Shown: positions 1 through 11,900 of the stretch, piece after piece
Numbering within the stretch: position 1 is the stretch's first letter
Layout of the letters: each line of letters opens with the position of its first letter
Assembly: GCA_964057225.1 (NCBI GenBank)
Contig: OZ059900.1
Span: forward strand, 9,734,001 to 9,798,000
DNA from: Auanema rhodensis
Lineage: Eukaryota; Animalia; Nematoda
Direction: 5' to 3'
DNA length: 64,000 nt
Position numbers and translations under genes: made by a program
Notes under the pieces: model-generated
The model's input: only the letters and a program-made list of their open reading frames with translations
What the model was told of the DNA's origin: nothing
Databases searched by the model: none

Positions 1-22
1 TAATGTGCTTTTGTTTCAAGGT

Positions 23-1376
23 ATGTCTGAGACAAACGAAAACAATGATGATTGGATATCTAATGAATGGATGGGAAACGATTGGATTGCCTTTGCTAGC
101 ACAATGTTTCTGGTATGTTCAGCCTGTTATCGAAGTTGCTAGGGAAAATTGAATGGTGAAATAAATGATGCTCTAACTGAGACATGAAATTATGAGAGAG
201 TTGGTAGAGAAATTATGCCTTGTTCAGGCTATCTCTCGCAAAGTCCCTTAGTAGTTATATGACATAGTCAAAAGTTCACTTATTTTCTGAAAAATGCGAA
301 TTTTTTCTAAAAATACATCAAAAATCAATTTTGATATTGAAAGCATGTTTGAGAAAGCAATGAGTTGAGAGTTATAGCACGATACACACGAAAAGATACA
401 CGCAATATTGCTGGCACGCAGGTCACATCATTAGCTGACACCCATATTTAGGGCTTTCTTCCACTCGTCTACGCCATTTACAAGATGTTTTCCCAGCGTG
501 CGGTTGAGCAGTTGGATGACACAATAACGTCTACTGATAGCAGTGATGTTACAAACAAATCGACTGATTCCAACGAATTGGATGATCCGATGTTTCCACC
601 AGCACGTGAATCAGCATTTTCTGTACCTGATGGTCATGCTGCCACATCAGCTGGTAATATTTTATTTCTTTTTTTTCCACCTGGTTTTATGCTTACGACA
701 ACGATTTTTGTTGTTTGTGTGATTTGATTGCCTATCAAATATTATTATTCGTTACTTAAATTTAGCCAAAAAAAGATTATAAATAACTTTTTTTTTGCAT
801 TATGTAACTTCTTTGATGGTGCTCAGTAGTGTTACTTTGTTTTTATACATTGTCTCTAAGGATTGGCTCGGGCGAAAGAATTATTGGTTCCTATGCTTGA
901 CGAAAATGAAATTGAAGACATCGAGAATCAGGAAGAGCCACCATTGGAACGACCAATTATCCTAAGAGAAACTGAAAGTGATGAAGAGGAAGAAGAAGAT
1001 GAAGAAAACCTAAGTGTTATTCCCGAAGAGCAAGAAGATCAGGACAGTAATGTAAGTACTTAGTCAAACACAATCAAAATACAATGAATGCATCTCTTTT
1101 TAGCCATCAGGTTCACAAGGCGTATCAGATAACTTATCAGAAGAAGATATGTATAAACTAAACAAGAAAAAGTTGCATGGAAAAGTTGCTACAGCTCGTA
1201 TCCGAGCAGAAACTCGTCGCATGATGCGAAATATGACAGATAACGAACGTGAGCAGGAAGAGGAAGTTGTTAATCAGCAGTTAGAATCCATTCTACGTTT
1301 ACTACAAGAAAATCAAGAAAATGTTGGAATGAGTGAAGAAGATGTGAAACAACAGCTTAATATGTACAAGTTCTAA
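23..1376 (+). CDS. MXRA7-like protein (N-terminal TM segment, acidic linker, C-terminal helical domain); exons 23-112, 452-653, 861-1051, 1104-1376
   Basis: Four exons join in frame through GT-AG introns; TTTCAAG acceptor 2 nt before ATG (likely trans-splice site). N-term DWIAFASTMFLGFLPLVYAIYK is hydrophobic; C-term KLHG..MTDNEREQEEEVVNQQLESILRLLQENQENVGMSEEDVKQQLNMYKF resembles the recalled MXRA7 C-terminus (MTKEELEEEQRVQKEQLAAIFKLMKDNKETFGEMSDGDVQEQLRLY). AATAAA at 1793-1798. Confidence 0.8.
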
Positions 1377-1978
1377 ATTCCGTATTGTGTAATATACTCG
1401 CGTATCGTCTCATCTAAACTACTTTCCATGCTTTTCATCCCAAATATATCATAAAATTGTCGTATACACACATATGTATATAAGTAAGTGATGTAATTTT
1501 GTAATATATCTTATATTATATATTATTTATAATATAATTTTTCTTAAATTATGCAATGGTATGTGAAGCTATAACTTGTTTCACCTGGTCATACCCGAGG
1601 TAGCTTGAATAACTCATGGCAATCAGCTTTGATGTATTAAGCATCGTTCAGCAGATATGACGTAGTTACACATCTTATGATTATTTCATAAACCTCTATG
1701 AATGGGATAAATAATGTTAAAGCTTGATATACAATGTAATTTTCTATTATTTGTTTTCTTGTTAAGTTATGGTATTATAACCAATAGAATTGAATAAAAC
1801 TGTTTATTATTAATTTTAATTTTGATTTTCAATAGAAAAAAAGGAATTTGAGAAAAAACTGAAAAATAATTGAAATAATCGATTAGAGAATCAATTGCTC
1901 TAAGAATATTTATAGTTTATCATATATGTAGTATGAATTATCTTATTATATATTTTATATTTTATAGTTAATTCATAT

Positions 1979-2048
1979 AACATCTTAGTATAATGGTTGT
2001 ATATCAGTTATAGTAAGGTGCACTTGTAGGTTCAAATCCTACAGTGAT
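1979..2048 (+). pseudogene. tRNA-like element 1 (left arm): A box + T-arm/B box
   Basis: A box TAGTATAATGG 1986-1996; T-arm GTAGG-TTCAAAT-CCTAC 2026-2042 at tRNA spacing; D-stem GTAT/ATAT; acceptor and anticodon stems do not pair well. Confidence 0.6.
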
Positions 2049-2339
2049 ATCAAAGAAAATATAAAATCTCTCTCTCTCTCTAATATATAAATCTCTCTCT
2101 CTTTCTCTCTCTCTAAAATATATAAATCTCTCTCTCTTTCTCTCTCTCTAAAATATATAAATCTCTCTATAATCAGACACTTGGCCAAGTTACTACAGGA
2201 GAAACTTAAAGCTGCACTAATCATAATCATAAAGAAATTCTGAAACTCGTCTTACCCTCGACTCCATTGTTTCGAAAAGTTTTGGATTTCAAATACTCTT
2301 GTCACTCTTCTTATTTGCGATTAAAACATTAATATTATA

Positions 2340-2415
2340 AGCCTAATGGTCGAGTGGTCTGCATGGTTAACTCTTACAAACCACTGTAAAGGTACGAGCC
2401 CTTTCTGCGTTTTTT
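2340..2415 (+). pseudogene. tRNA-like element 2 (left arm), resembles tRNA-Lys(CTT); followed by T6
   Basis: A box TGGTCGAGTGG 2347-2357; stem TGGTT/AACCA around loop containing CTCTTA; T-arm AAAGG-TACGAGC-CCTTT from 2388; TTTTTT 2410-2415. Acceptor stem broken, B box mutated (GGTACGA). Confidence 0.5.
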
Positions 2416-4197
2416 ATGAAAATCAATACCAAATCGAAAATCCAAAAAACGCTCCGATGGATTTGGACCTCGAAAAAGCCATTTTTTTTGAATTCCAAAG
2501 CTTATAACTCTGTTCAAAATCAATTTTCTTTCAAATTTATTATTAAATCTCGTAGCCCAGCAATGGGCCCTCCTTTTCACAAAAATTCAAAGCTGTATCT
2601 CACCTCACTCAGTAGTTATTCTTCTTCAAAACGAACACAAATATTCAAAAACTTGACTTTAAAAGCCGTTTTCTCCTTACTCCTTCAAGTTATCGAAATT
2701 TTTTCAACAGATTCTAAACCTACTCAACGATATCTATCAGATGAACTACTTATATGGAAGTTTAAAGCACTTTGAAATTTTGAAAAATCAAGAATTTAGC
2801 CATTTTTCAGTTTGAGAAATAAAAAATTTGCATTTTCTTTGTTTTGAGTGATGCATCTGAAGCGCATTGAAACGCTGATTCCAAATATGAAAACCTTAAC
2901 TTCCAATTTTCACTCTGAAAAGAGTTACGAGGCTTTAAACGTTTTGACTTTAAACATTCAGAAGGCTATATCTCCTCTCAGACAGCGTTTCAGAGACTCG
3001 TAAGTATTATAATCGTTTTCTACGCCATTGTTTCATCTTAGGTAATCAATTTCAGAACGTTTCCTCAAAATTTTCAATTTTCGATCAAATTGTCCGATTC
3101 CATGTACTCCCCCCTTACCTACTTTTCGACCAAAATTGGCCATCACTCAAAAGATATTTTCAGTTAAATCGATAATTATATAATATAATTAGAATCAAAA
3201 TGATGTAAATCAAACATATTCTCAAGCTTTTTCTGAAGAGTTGTCAGTGTTAATCCTGATTCTTCATGAAGTGTTTCCTGTTCTTACGTACTGTTTGACA
3301 AAAGTCTTGGGAATCCTGGTTAAAACCTAATAGAATCTGAATTACCATGATACGACTGACGAAAGAGTTTAAAGATGAAGATGTTCATGTTATTCTATCT
3401 CTTAAACATCATTTTGATTCTAATCATATCATATAATTATCGATTCAAACTGAAAATATTTTTTGAGTGATGGCCAGTTTTGGTCGAAAAGTATGTAAGG
3501 GGGGAGTACATGGAATCGGACAATTTGATCGAAATTTGAAAATATTGAGGAAACGTTCTGAAATTAATTACATAAGGTGAAACAATGGCGTAGAAAACGA
3601 TTCTGATACTTACGAGTCTTTAAAACGCTATCTGAAAGGAGATATAGCCTTCTGAATGTTCAAAGTCAAAACGTTTAAAGCCTCGTAACTCTTTTCAAAG
3701 TAAATATTGGTAGCTGAGATTTTTATATTTGGAATCAGCGTTTCAATCCGCTTCAGATTCATCACTCAAAACAAAGAAAATGCAAATTTTTTATTTCTCA
3801 AACTGAAAAATGGCTAAATTCTTGATTTTTCAAAATTTCAAAGTGCTTTAAACTTCTATATAAGTAGTTCATCTGATAGATATCGTTGAGTAGGTTTAGA
3901 ATCTGTTGAAAAAATTTCGATAACTTGAAGGAGTAAGGAGAAAACGGCTTTTAAAGTCAAGTTTTTGAATATTTGTGTTCGTTTTGAAGAAGAATAACTA
4001 CTGAGTGAGGTGAGATACAGCTTTGAATTTTTGTGAAAAGGAGGGCCCATTGCTGGGCTACGAGATTTAATAATAAATTTGAAAGAAAATTGATTTTGAA
4101 CAGAGTTATAAGCTTTGGAATTCAAAAAAAATGGCTTTTTCGAGGTCCAAATCCATCGGAGCGTTTTTTGGATTTTCGATTTGGTATTGATTTTCAT

Positions 4198-4273
4198 AAA
4201 AAACGCAGAAAGAGATCGTACCTTTACAGTGGTTTGTAAGAGTTAACCATGCAGACCACTCGACCATTAGGCT
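4198..4273 (-). pseudogene. tRNA-like element 2 (right arm copy)
   Basis: Reverse complement of 2340-2415; T-arm reads AAAGGTACGATCTCTTT. Confidence 0.5.
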
Positions 4274-4528
4274 TATAATATTAATGTTTTAATCGCAAAT
4301 AAGAAGAGTGACAAGAGTATTTAAAATCCAAAACTTTTCGAAACAATGGAGTCGAGGGTAAGATGAGTTTCAGAATTTGTTTATGATTATGATTAGTGCA
4401 GCTTCAACTCCGTTCTGTAGTAACTTGGCCAAGTGTCTGATTATAGAGAGATTTATATATTTTAGAGAGAGAGAAAGAGAGAGAGATTTATATATTAGAG
4501 AGAGAGAGATATTTTATATTTTCTTTGA

Positions 4529-4599
4529 TATCACTGTAGGATTTGAACCTACAAGTGCACCTTACTATAACTGATATACAACCATTATACTAAGATGTT
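4529..4599 (-). pseudogene. tRNA-like element 1 (right arm copy)
   Basis: Reverse complement of 1979-2048 (GTAGGATTTGAACCTAC ... CCATTATACTA on + strand). Confidence 0.6.
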
Positions 4600-5919
4600 A
4601 TATGAATTAACTATAAAATATAAAATATATAATAAGATAATTCATACTACATATATGATAAACTATTAATATTCTTAGAGCAATTGATTCTCTAATCGAT
4701 TATTTCAATTATTTTTCAGTTTTTTCTCAAATTCCTTTTTTTCTATTGAAAATCAAAATTAAAATTAATAATAAACAGTTTTGTTTTGATAAAGATGTAT
4801 GTCTTCATAAAAAATTCATATTTATTGAATTTAAAGTTAACTTTCAGTAATTTGGATGAATGCTAAACAATATTCATATCATACTTGTACATTTATACTA
4901 GTTAGTAGTTATGAATTGCTCATTATTTGAGAAAGAAAACATTTTATTTACAAATTATGTACATTGATCGTAAATTCTAACAATACAATTAAACCATTTG
5001 TTACATCCTACCGGAGAAAACACGTGAGAATGCTACATTCAAAACAATAGTTATATATACGAAAAGCGGCGAAAAGTGACAAACTAGTACTGTAAAGTAG
5101 AGAAATGGGAAAAGCAAATGTTCGAGCACATATGATCAAGGCAGATATTATTATACAAGAAGTATCATAACAGCATGAAAGGAGGTAAAATAGCTCAATA
5201 GATTGATAAGCTTTATACTGAGTCGTGGATGATGATGCGGACATAAACATCTGGCAATGCGAACAACATAATCAATATAGGATTATGTCAATTTGATGTA
5301 CAACTAGTGAATTAAAATAAAGCATAGAAATGGAAATTGGCATATGATCAGATGTTATGGCGTTTTTGGTTAAGATTCTCTTAGTTATTTGACTATCATA
5401 TTAAGGTTGTTGCTTAATTATTGTCATTTGATTAGTTTAAAAGGCTACAGAAAACCAAGAAAAGAGGGAGAAAGAAAGAGAGAGAAACGATTACGTTTTC
5501 CAATTTGTTACATGGACAGACAGACATTATTATGTAAAATTCCATTAAAAAGTAGAGAAAAGCATTTCGTTCAGGTACAATATTGAAAAGAAAAACTAAA
5601 ACTATATTCTCACTATGTATGTACAATTCTTTTTACAGTTTTGAAATTTGGTGATAACTTCAGTTATTCGCGTTGCTACGAGCTAATTGCTGTCGTCGAG
5701 GTGAGACAATTTTTGACTGAAAATATTTAAAACTTGATTATATGTCTGAAGTTATATTTTAAGTTTTCAGAGAATTCTTTATGAAAAGGGGAAAGCAATG
5801 ACTTAACCGTGAAAACTACATGTCCCTACTGATAATCACCCATATTCATCTCTTTTTGTATTTTTGCAAACCGTTTGTTACATCTGTATCTAAGCACTTA
5901 TTGAACAAATAGATACTCT

Positions 5920-6215
5920 AAGGTCTGTGAAGGATGAGTTGGAGTACAACTAGATTGTTGACAAATCATTTACATGTCAAACAGATACTATTCATATCTT
6001 CTTAATTCTGCTGACTGTATTCTCCAACTTCATCACTATCTCTCGAATAACTTTGATACAATGTCTTGTATAAGCATATTCATTCATCTTTTGCTGTAAA
6101 ATGCATTGTCAATACAAATCAACAACTCGTCATAAAATGCTTTTGCCGACATAGGTTCAACAATCTTATTGCTATATGTGGAGAGCTAGTTCACATTACT
6201 ATTAGGCTTATAAGC
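5920..6215 (-). mobile_element. Decayed non-LTR retrotransposon (RTE/CR1-type) AP-endonuclease fragment
   Basis: Minus-strand translation with stops/frameshifts: NVN*LSTYSN..AKAFYDELLICID..MLIQDIVSKL..EVGEYSQQN*EDMNSICL..NNLVVL/NSSF follows, in order, the recalled LINE EN motifs NITIISAYAP..KDAFYEEL..GDFNAKVG..IGKYGLGERNENGERL..NNLVITNTFF. Confidence 0.4.
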
Positions 6216-8968
6216 AAATAGATCCATCTAATGTTAAACAGATAACGAAACTGTCTGCTTAATCGGTCACAGACAGCGATATAAGTTGGAAAAGAGTCGC
6301 AAACGTGGTTGTTCTTAGACTACTGTGAAAAACTAAAAGAATTCCGTTCTTTATATACCATAGAACAATTTCTCATGCTATATTGTATATTTCACTTAAG
6401 CCTTATAAGGGAAATTCTAAATTGAATATAATAAAGCAGATTACATCCCAAACCTATCCTGAATAGTAGAGTAATATTGAATTTTCAAATAATTTACATC
6501 AAAAAATAAATTTTCATGAAAAACCAACTCAATAGTCCTCTATCTTATTTATTTCTTTCTTCTTTCGTCATGGATCCCTACAATTTTTGACCTGCTTTTC
6601 AAATACAATATTCTCGTCTTCAAGAAAATGGACAAACCATACTCAAGTTCATGAATGATTTAGCCATCTCTACCGTCATTAATAGATAATGAACAACAAA
6701 GAAAATAATGAAACGACATCATTATCTGCATCATCACCATGCAGCTGTTTACTCAACAACACAACCTTTCAATATTCTGCTTTTTAAATGTAACAGATAA
6801 CATACATGACATTGTGTGGATGAAGAAGAATACAAAAATAAGTATCCAGATGATTACAAATTCATGACCATGAAAGACAATGATGAACTGTTCATGTTGA
6901 CATTTGCAATTAATATTCTTTGTGTTTTAACTACATCATTTCGTGGTTTTACTCTATTTCAGTCATTTTGTCTTTATTCATCTCATCAACATACCGTTTC
7001 CTTTGAATTTCTGATAAAAATGGAATTATTTATTAGCTATTGAGTTACGATTGCATTAGTTTTCTTTACAACATTCCAGCATTTTTGTTTGAAGAACAAC
7101 AAATAAAATAAAGTAAAATATATATTATTGCACCTACATACACTAGTGCCCATCTTCTGATTATAGTCATAAATGCATAATCAAATTCAAAGTAACGATA
7201 CTCTACATGATTGTCAACAACTAGAACATGCCAACAACGGCCAGTAAAACGAGTAGAAGAAGAGGAAAAAAAACGTTTTTCTTACTTCTTGTTATCTAAC
7301 GACAATCATCGTATATTGTCTAGTTCTTATTGACTATCAAGTATTTCTCACTCATTCCATCAGATAATAGTTGTGTAAGCTCATGAAAACTACATTCAGT
7401 ATAACAACTACAATATCATTTAGCGATATTTGTTCAATGAAAACGAGACATTTGATCAAAGCATTTTCAACAGCATTTTTTCATAGTTTGCAACTATACT
7501 GTGAAGAATCAAATTGAAGTTACAGATAAATCATGCCAATACCCCCCCCCCCCCCTTTGATGAAAATTGTTTTTTTTAACTTTCTTGAGATTAACAGCAT
7601 TTTGTTCACTTTGAATTCTGGTAAATACTTTTTTTTCCTTGTGTGTCATGTTATTCTCCTAATGATTTCACCGAGAATAGATCATAACAATGGTCACATG
7701 GCCTATCATCTGATGTTCTCAGTATGATGTTTGTATATAATTCTGTTACAACTGCTCATAAACTGGAATTTTGAAGTAAAATTCATCCATTTAAAATTTA
7801 AAAACTCTAAGTCTTATGATGGCGAACTTTTTTCAATTTTTCATGAGTTAGCACAAAGATCAGAGGTGTGTAGCATTTTGACCGGAAAGGGCCATAGAAT
7901 GAAATCAAGAAATGCCACGAGAGAAGAGAAAATATTCAGAGCAAACCTATAGACAAGCAATTATGCATGACTAACTAGCTAGCCATAAATTCACGTCTGA
8001 CCGGCCAAACCTGTTTGCCGTGTCAACTACGGATATTGAGTGTATGCTCGTCATTCAACGGTTTCAACAATTCTCTAATTTCCTCTTATTCTAAGACTGG
8101 CTGAAGTTATTTCTTTCCCTCGTCTTGCCAGTTTTCGGCTGCAAAACACGAGCGGTCGCCAGACAATTCTGATTGAATCGTCGTTTGCCAGACTACATCA
8201 GGCGACAAATCGACATTCATAAAAAGAATAATATGTTCGAAAAGAATGAAATAGAATGAATGACAACTTCAAACTGGCCACGAAAATGAATGTTGTTGAC
8301 CAACAAAATAGTCTCTAATCAGCAACAATAACCTTGTCGTCGGTAAATTAATAGGCTACATTATCAAAGCAACAGGTCACCAGTATTGTCAATCAAATGA
8401 CTGATGATAACAAGTTTCTCTAACCTACATGTGTATGAGATTGCATTGAATTTACAAACTTACTTACTATTCGTTAGTTCTCCCCCCAAACTCCAAAGGT
8501 TACAATGCGGTTCATTCCTATTACTTTAATAAACTGTGACTGTTTGTTGTCTCTGTTACTCTTACAAGCGTACTGACCTCAAACCTTTGGTAGAGTAACA
8601 TATAATTATGGAAAATATGAATAGGCACTAAATTTGGGTTTAAAATAAGTTTATGGCTTCTCTATGACTATTCCATATCATAACCAGAATTTGGTGGTTA
8701 ATTTTTAATGAATATCGTTAATCGCCTATCTTATCCTTTAGCTATAATAAAGGATATATTATGAGAAGAGGGTTAAACTGGATTTAATAAAATGCTAATC
8801 TGACTATTATTGATTGGCGTAAAAGTTTTCAGATCATCTAGTCATTAATTGATTTTCTTGATTGAATCTTTTATATGATACACTCAAAAATAGTCGGTTT
8901 AGTTAGCTTTTCAAGTCAAGTCACTTTTCCCTTTTGATTTCTATTTCATATTTTGGATATCTAATACG

Positions 8969-11900
8969 TTATAAGTGGCGTACCTGTAATATAAGTGTAT
9001 CACCTTCCTCAATTCGCAATGAGAATAATTGAAGATTGTGTAAGCGACATTCCTGCAAACATCCGTCGGGATTGGTGTGAAACATACGCATGCGTGAATA
9101 CTTGATGCCAGAAAGCTTTTCGAGACTTCTGCAATATGGCATAATCATATTACGGCCGTTAGTATTGAAATGGTGCGGAAACAGCTGATCGAGACTATTT
9201 CCTTCTTCATTTGTCTCGCAGAATTTCGTATGCTATTAACAACTATAGCTAGTATAAATAGTCAGTTAAATTTATGGTGTTTTTGAATAAAAACATGATT
9301 GAGTCAAGAAGCAAAAGGAAAAACATCTTGTGTTAAAGCGCTTCCGTGTTTTCAAAAAATAAAGTAAAAAAACATGAAAAATACTACAGTTGCCAGTAAA
9401 ATGCGTTAAAATGTTTCGAAATTAAGAAAAATACTCTATTATAGTAAAGTTATGTTAAACTATAACTATAGAAAAGCCTCATTTGTTACAATTTTGTTAA
9501 AAAAATGATACAAACCTCATCAATTGACCTATCTTCTTGTTCAAATTGATAATCAGACATCCTTTTAACTTTGCTTCATCACATACGACATTAACTTTTA
9601 TATCAGATATGGGTGTTAGATCAATCTTCACCAATTCCTCCAAATTCCCATGACATTGTACCAAACGAGTATATGCATCTGGCATTACATCATGATTCTG
9701 CAAATAAGTGCTTCATGTATTACAACCGTGAGCATTTTGAGATAATGCTTAAGAAAATACTTTGTTTAGATATGTGATCATCATGGTTAAAGCTTATGCT
9801 GATATTACACTATTATTCGTAATGTATATCTAAGATTTGAGTTGCATATCACACTTTATATGCCATTAATCTCATCTTAGTTTACAAGACCAAGGTGTCA
9901 AAATACGATAATGAATTTGATATGAACACGATCAAACTCATCCAATCTCATCTGAACGTTATTCAATTACCCATTCTATTTATATTCTATTCATGGGTGT
10001 ATTCTCATGCCTCCCTGAGCGGTCACCCATCACATTAGTACGATTACCTGATAATATCGGATAAAGAATCGTTCAGCTGTCTCACGCTCTGGTGGCTGTA
10101 TTTGAGATCCATTGAGATATTTCAGATTTGGAAGACGTCCTACTAACAATGCATGACGTTCCTCATCATTGAAATTCTCAAACAGTGGCACATTCGTAAT
10201 ACGGAGATCGAATAGCGAAGGCAGGCAGGCTAAGCTGTCAATGCTTTCCCAGTCATGAATATTGCTCTGAAATTGAAATATTATAAGATATATTAAAGCA
10301 TAGTTTATAACAAATTTTTGTTGTAATAGGTGTATAGAACGAAGAAAACAGTTTATGTTATTCTATGAAATATGATATTGTCTATGCCTTTTGGCTGCAA
10401 GTGATTCAAATTTCATTCTAAACTTTTTTCCTTGAAAACTCATTAGCATCGTATTGAAATATTTCGTGTTCTAGTTGCTGCTCTATATATGCTCGGCGGT
10501 GTTAGCATAATGACATGTAGATTCAATTGCAAATCATTCAAATTGCGAATGAAAGTAAAATAAATTAGTTGAGTTTATGAAAATTGCCGTTGAAAAGCAG
10601 TTGCAATGTGTGATGTTTGAGAGAGAGAGCTAGACAAAGGGAAAGTTTGTAAGGTAAGGTGATCAATTTGACCGGATGTAAACAACAAGACAGCTGGATT
10701 TATCGGATATGATGGCATACTTGCTGCCGTCGGCTTGCTGGAAATCTTAAAGCTTTCCAATATATACAAGATGCAACATTACGCGGCTGTCATCAGATCA
10801 TACGTCTTTGATATGATACTACTATGTGTGCAACACCAGATGCACGAGAAGAAAGTATTATATGTTGGTCAGGTATTGTTAGACTTTACAAGCTCACATC
10901 GAATAACATATGAACGAGCTGTATTATAAATACCAGATGTGGATAGAGCAAACACAAACGCGATAGGTATAAGACGAAGCAGAAACAAAGAAATATTAAT
11001 TCGGCTTGTCATGTATATCTAACCCCCTGCTGTCTTATATATCTTGTATTAAATCTATTTTCCCTTGTTCTATCCGAATTGGTACATACATAGTAGTAGT
11101 AGTAGTAGCTTTGTTTGAAATCTTGTCTAACCACATACGTATGCTTCATTCGACCCTGAGCTTTTGCTCTTGTCGGCAAATTAAAGAGAGCGCTAAAGCA
11201 ATTGAGATAAACGGAATGCAGTATTGGGTAGAGAGCAGTTTCTTAGGCCAAAGCGATTACATATGGTCATTGAGTGCTTTAGATCTGATTACAGTGGAGA
11301 CATCTTTTCTCACCATCTTAGATAATTAGCAACTGTGCCGATGGCTTCTTTTCTGTTAATTAATTCCGGCTTAGATCAAATAACTTGACTATATAGTGAA
11401 ATAAGTAACTAATATCATCACCAAGATGAAAAAGAAAACGAAAGAGCCAAATGAGATTGTTAGCACTATATACTATATAGAAGAAATATATATGTATAAT
11501 ATATACGAGCTGCCTCCAGTAAGCGTATGATTATTGCATGCTCTTGATCTCCCTGGTAAGCTAGTGTTATTCGATTATCTTACGAAGGAAAGCAATTTGA
11601 ATTTCTTGCCTCAATAGCTCTACAGCAGTCTTGTTACTACTCGACGAGTCGAGACAAAAACCCTCTTCACCTCTTCTATTTTTTGGGTAAGGTTTAAGTA
11701 TTCTGGGAAATACACCATCTTATAGCAGATGTTCCAGATGAATGAAAACATGAATGTATTAACTTCCTCTTTTAGTAAACATGCGAGAGAAAAATAATAG
11801 AGAAAACAGGAAGATATCTACAAGGAAATTTCGAATAATCTCAGAAAACAATGACAATCCTCTATTTTCATAGTTTTTACGATGGCAAGTTAGTGGCCGA

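Larger units (their letters stand above)
1796..4782. repeat. Long inverted repeat / foldback: arms 1796-3206 and 3406-4782, 199-bp spacer
   Basis: Direct reverse-complement match from AAAACTGTTTATTATTAATT (1796) to AATTAATAATAAACAGTTTT (4782) and inward to CAAAATGATGT (3206)/ACATCATTTTG (3406). Mirror ORFs 2416+/3856- and 2374-/4033+ in the track are a by-product. No TSD seen. Confidence 0.95.

Noticed and set aside
2374-4239. Mirror-image ORFs of 119/113 aa and 68/68 aa
   Set aside because: Consequence of the inverted repeat; no domain, no splice structure, TE-like sequence.
10670-11329. ORFs inside the long coel-1 intron (possible nested gene)
   Set aside because: No recognisable domain or consistent splice sites.
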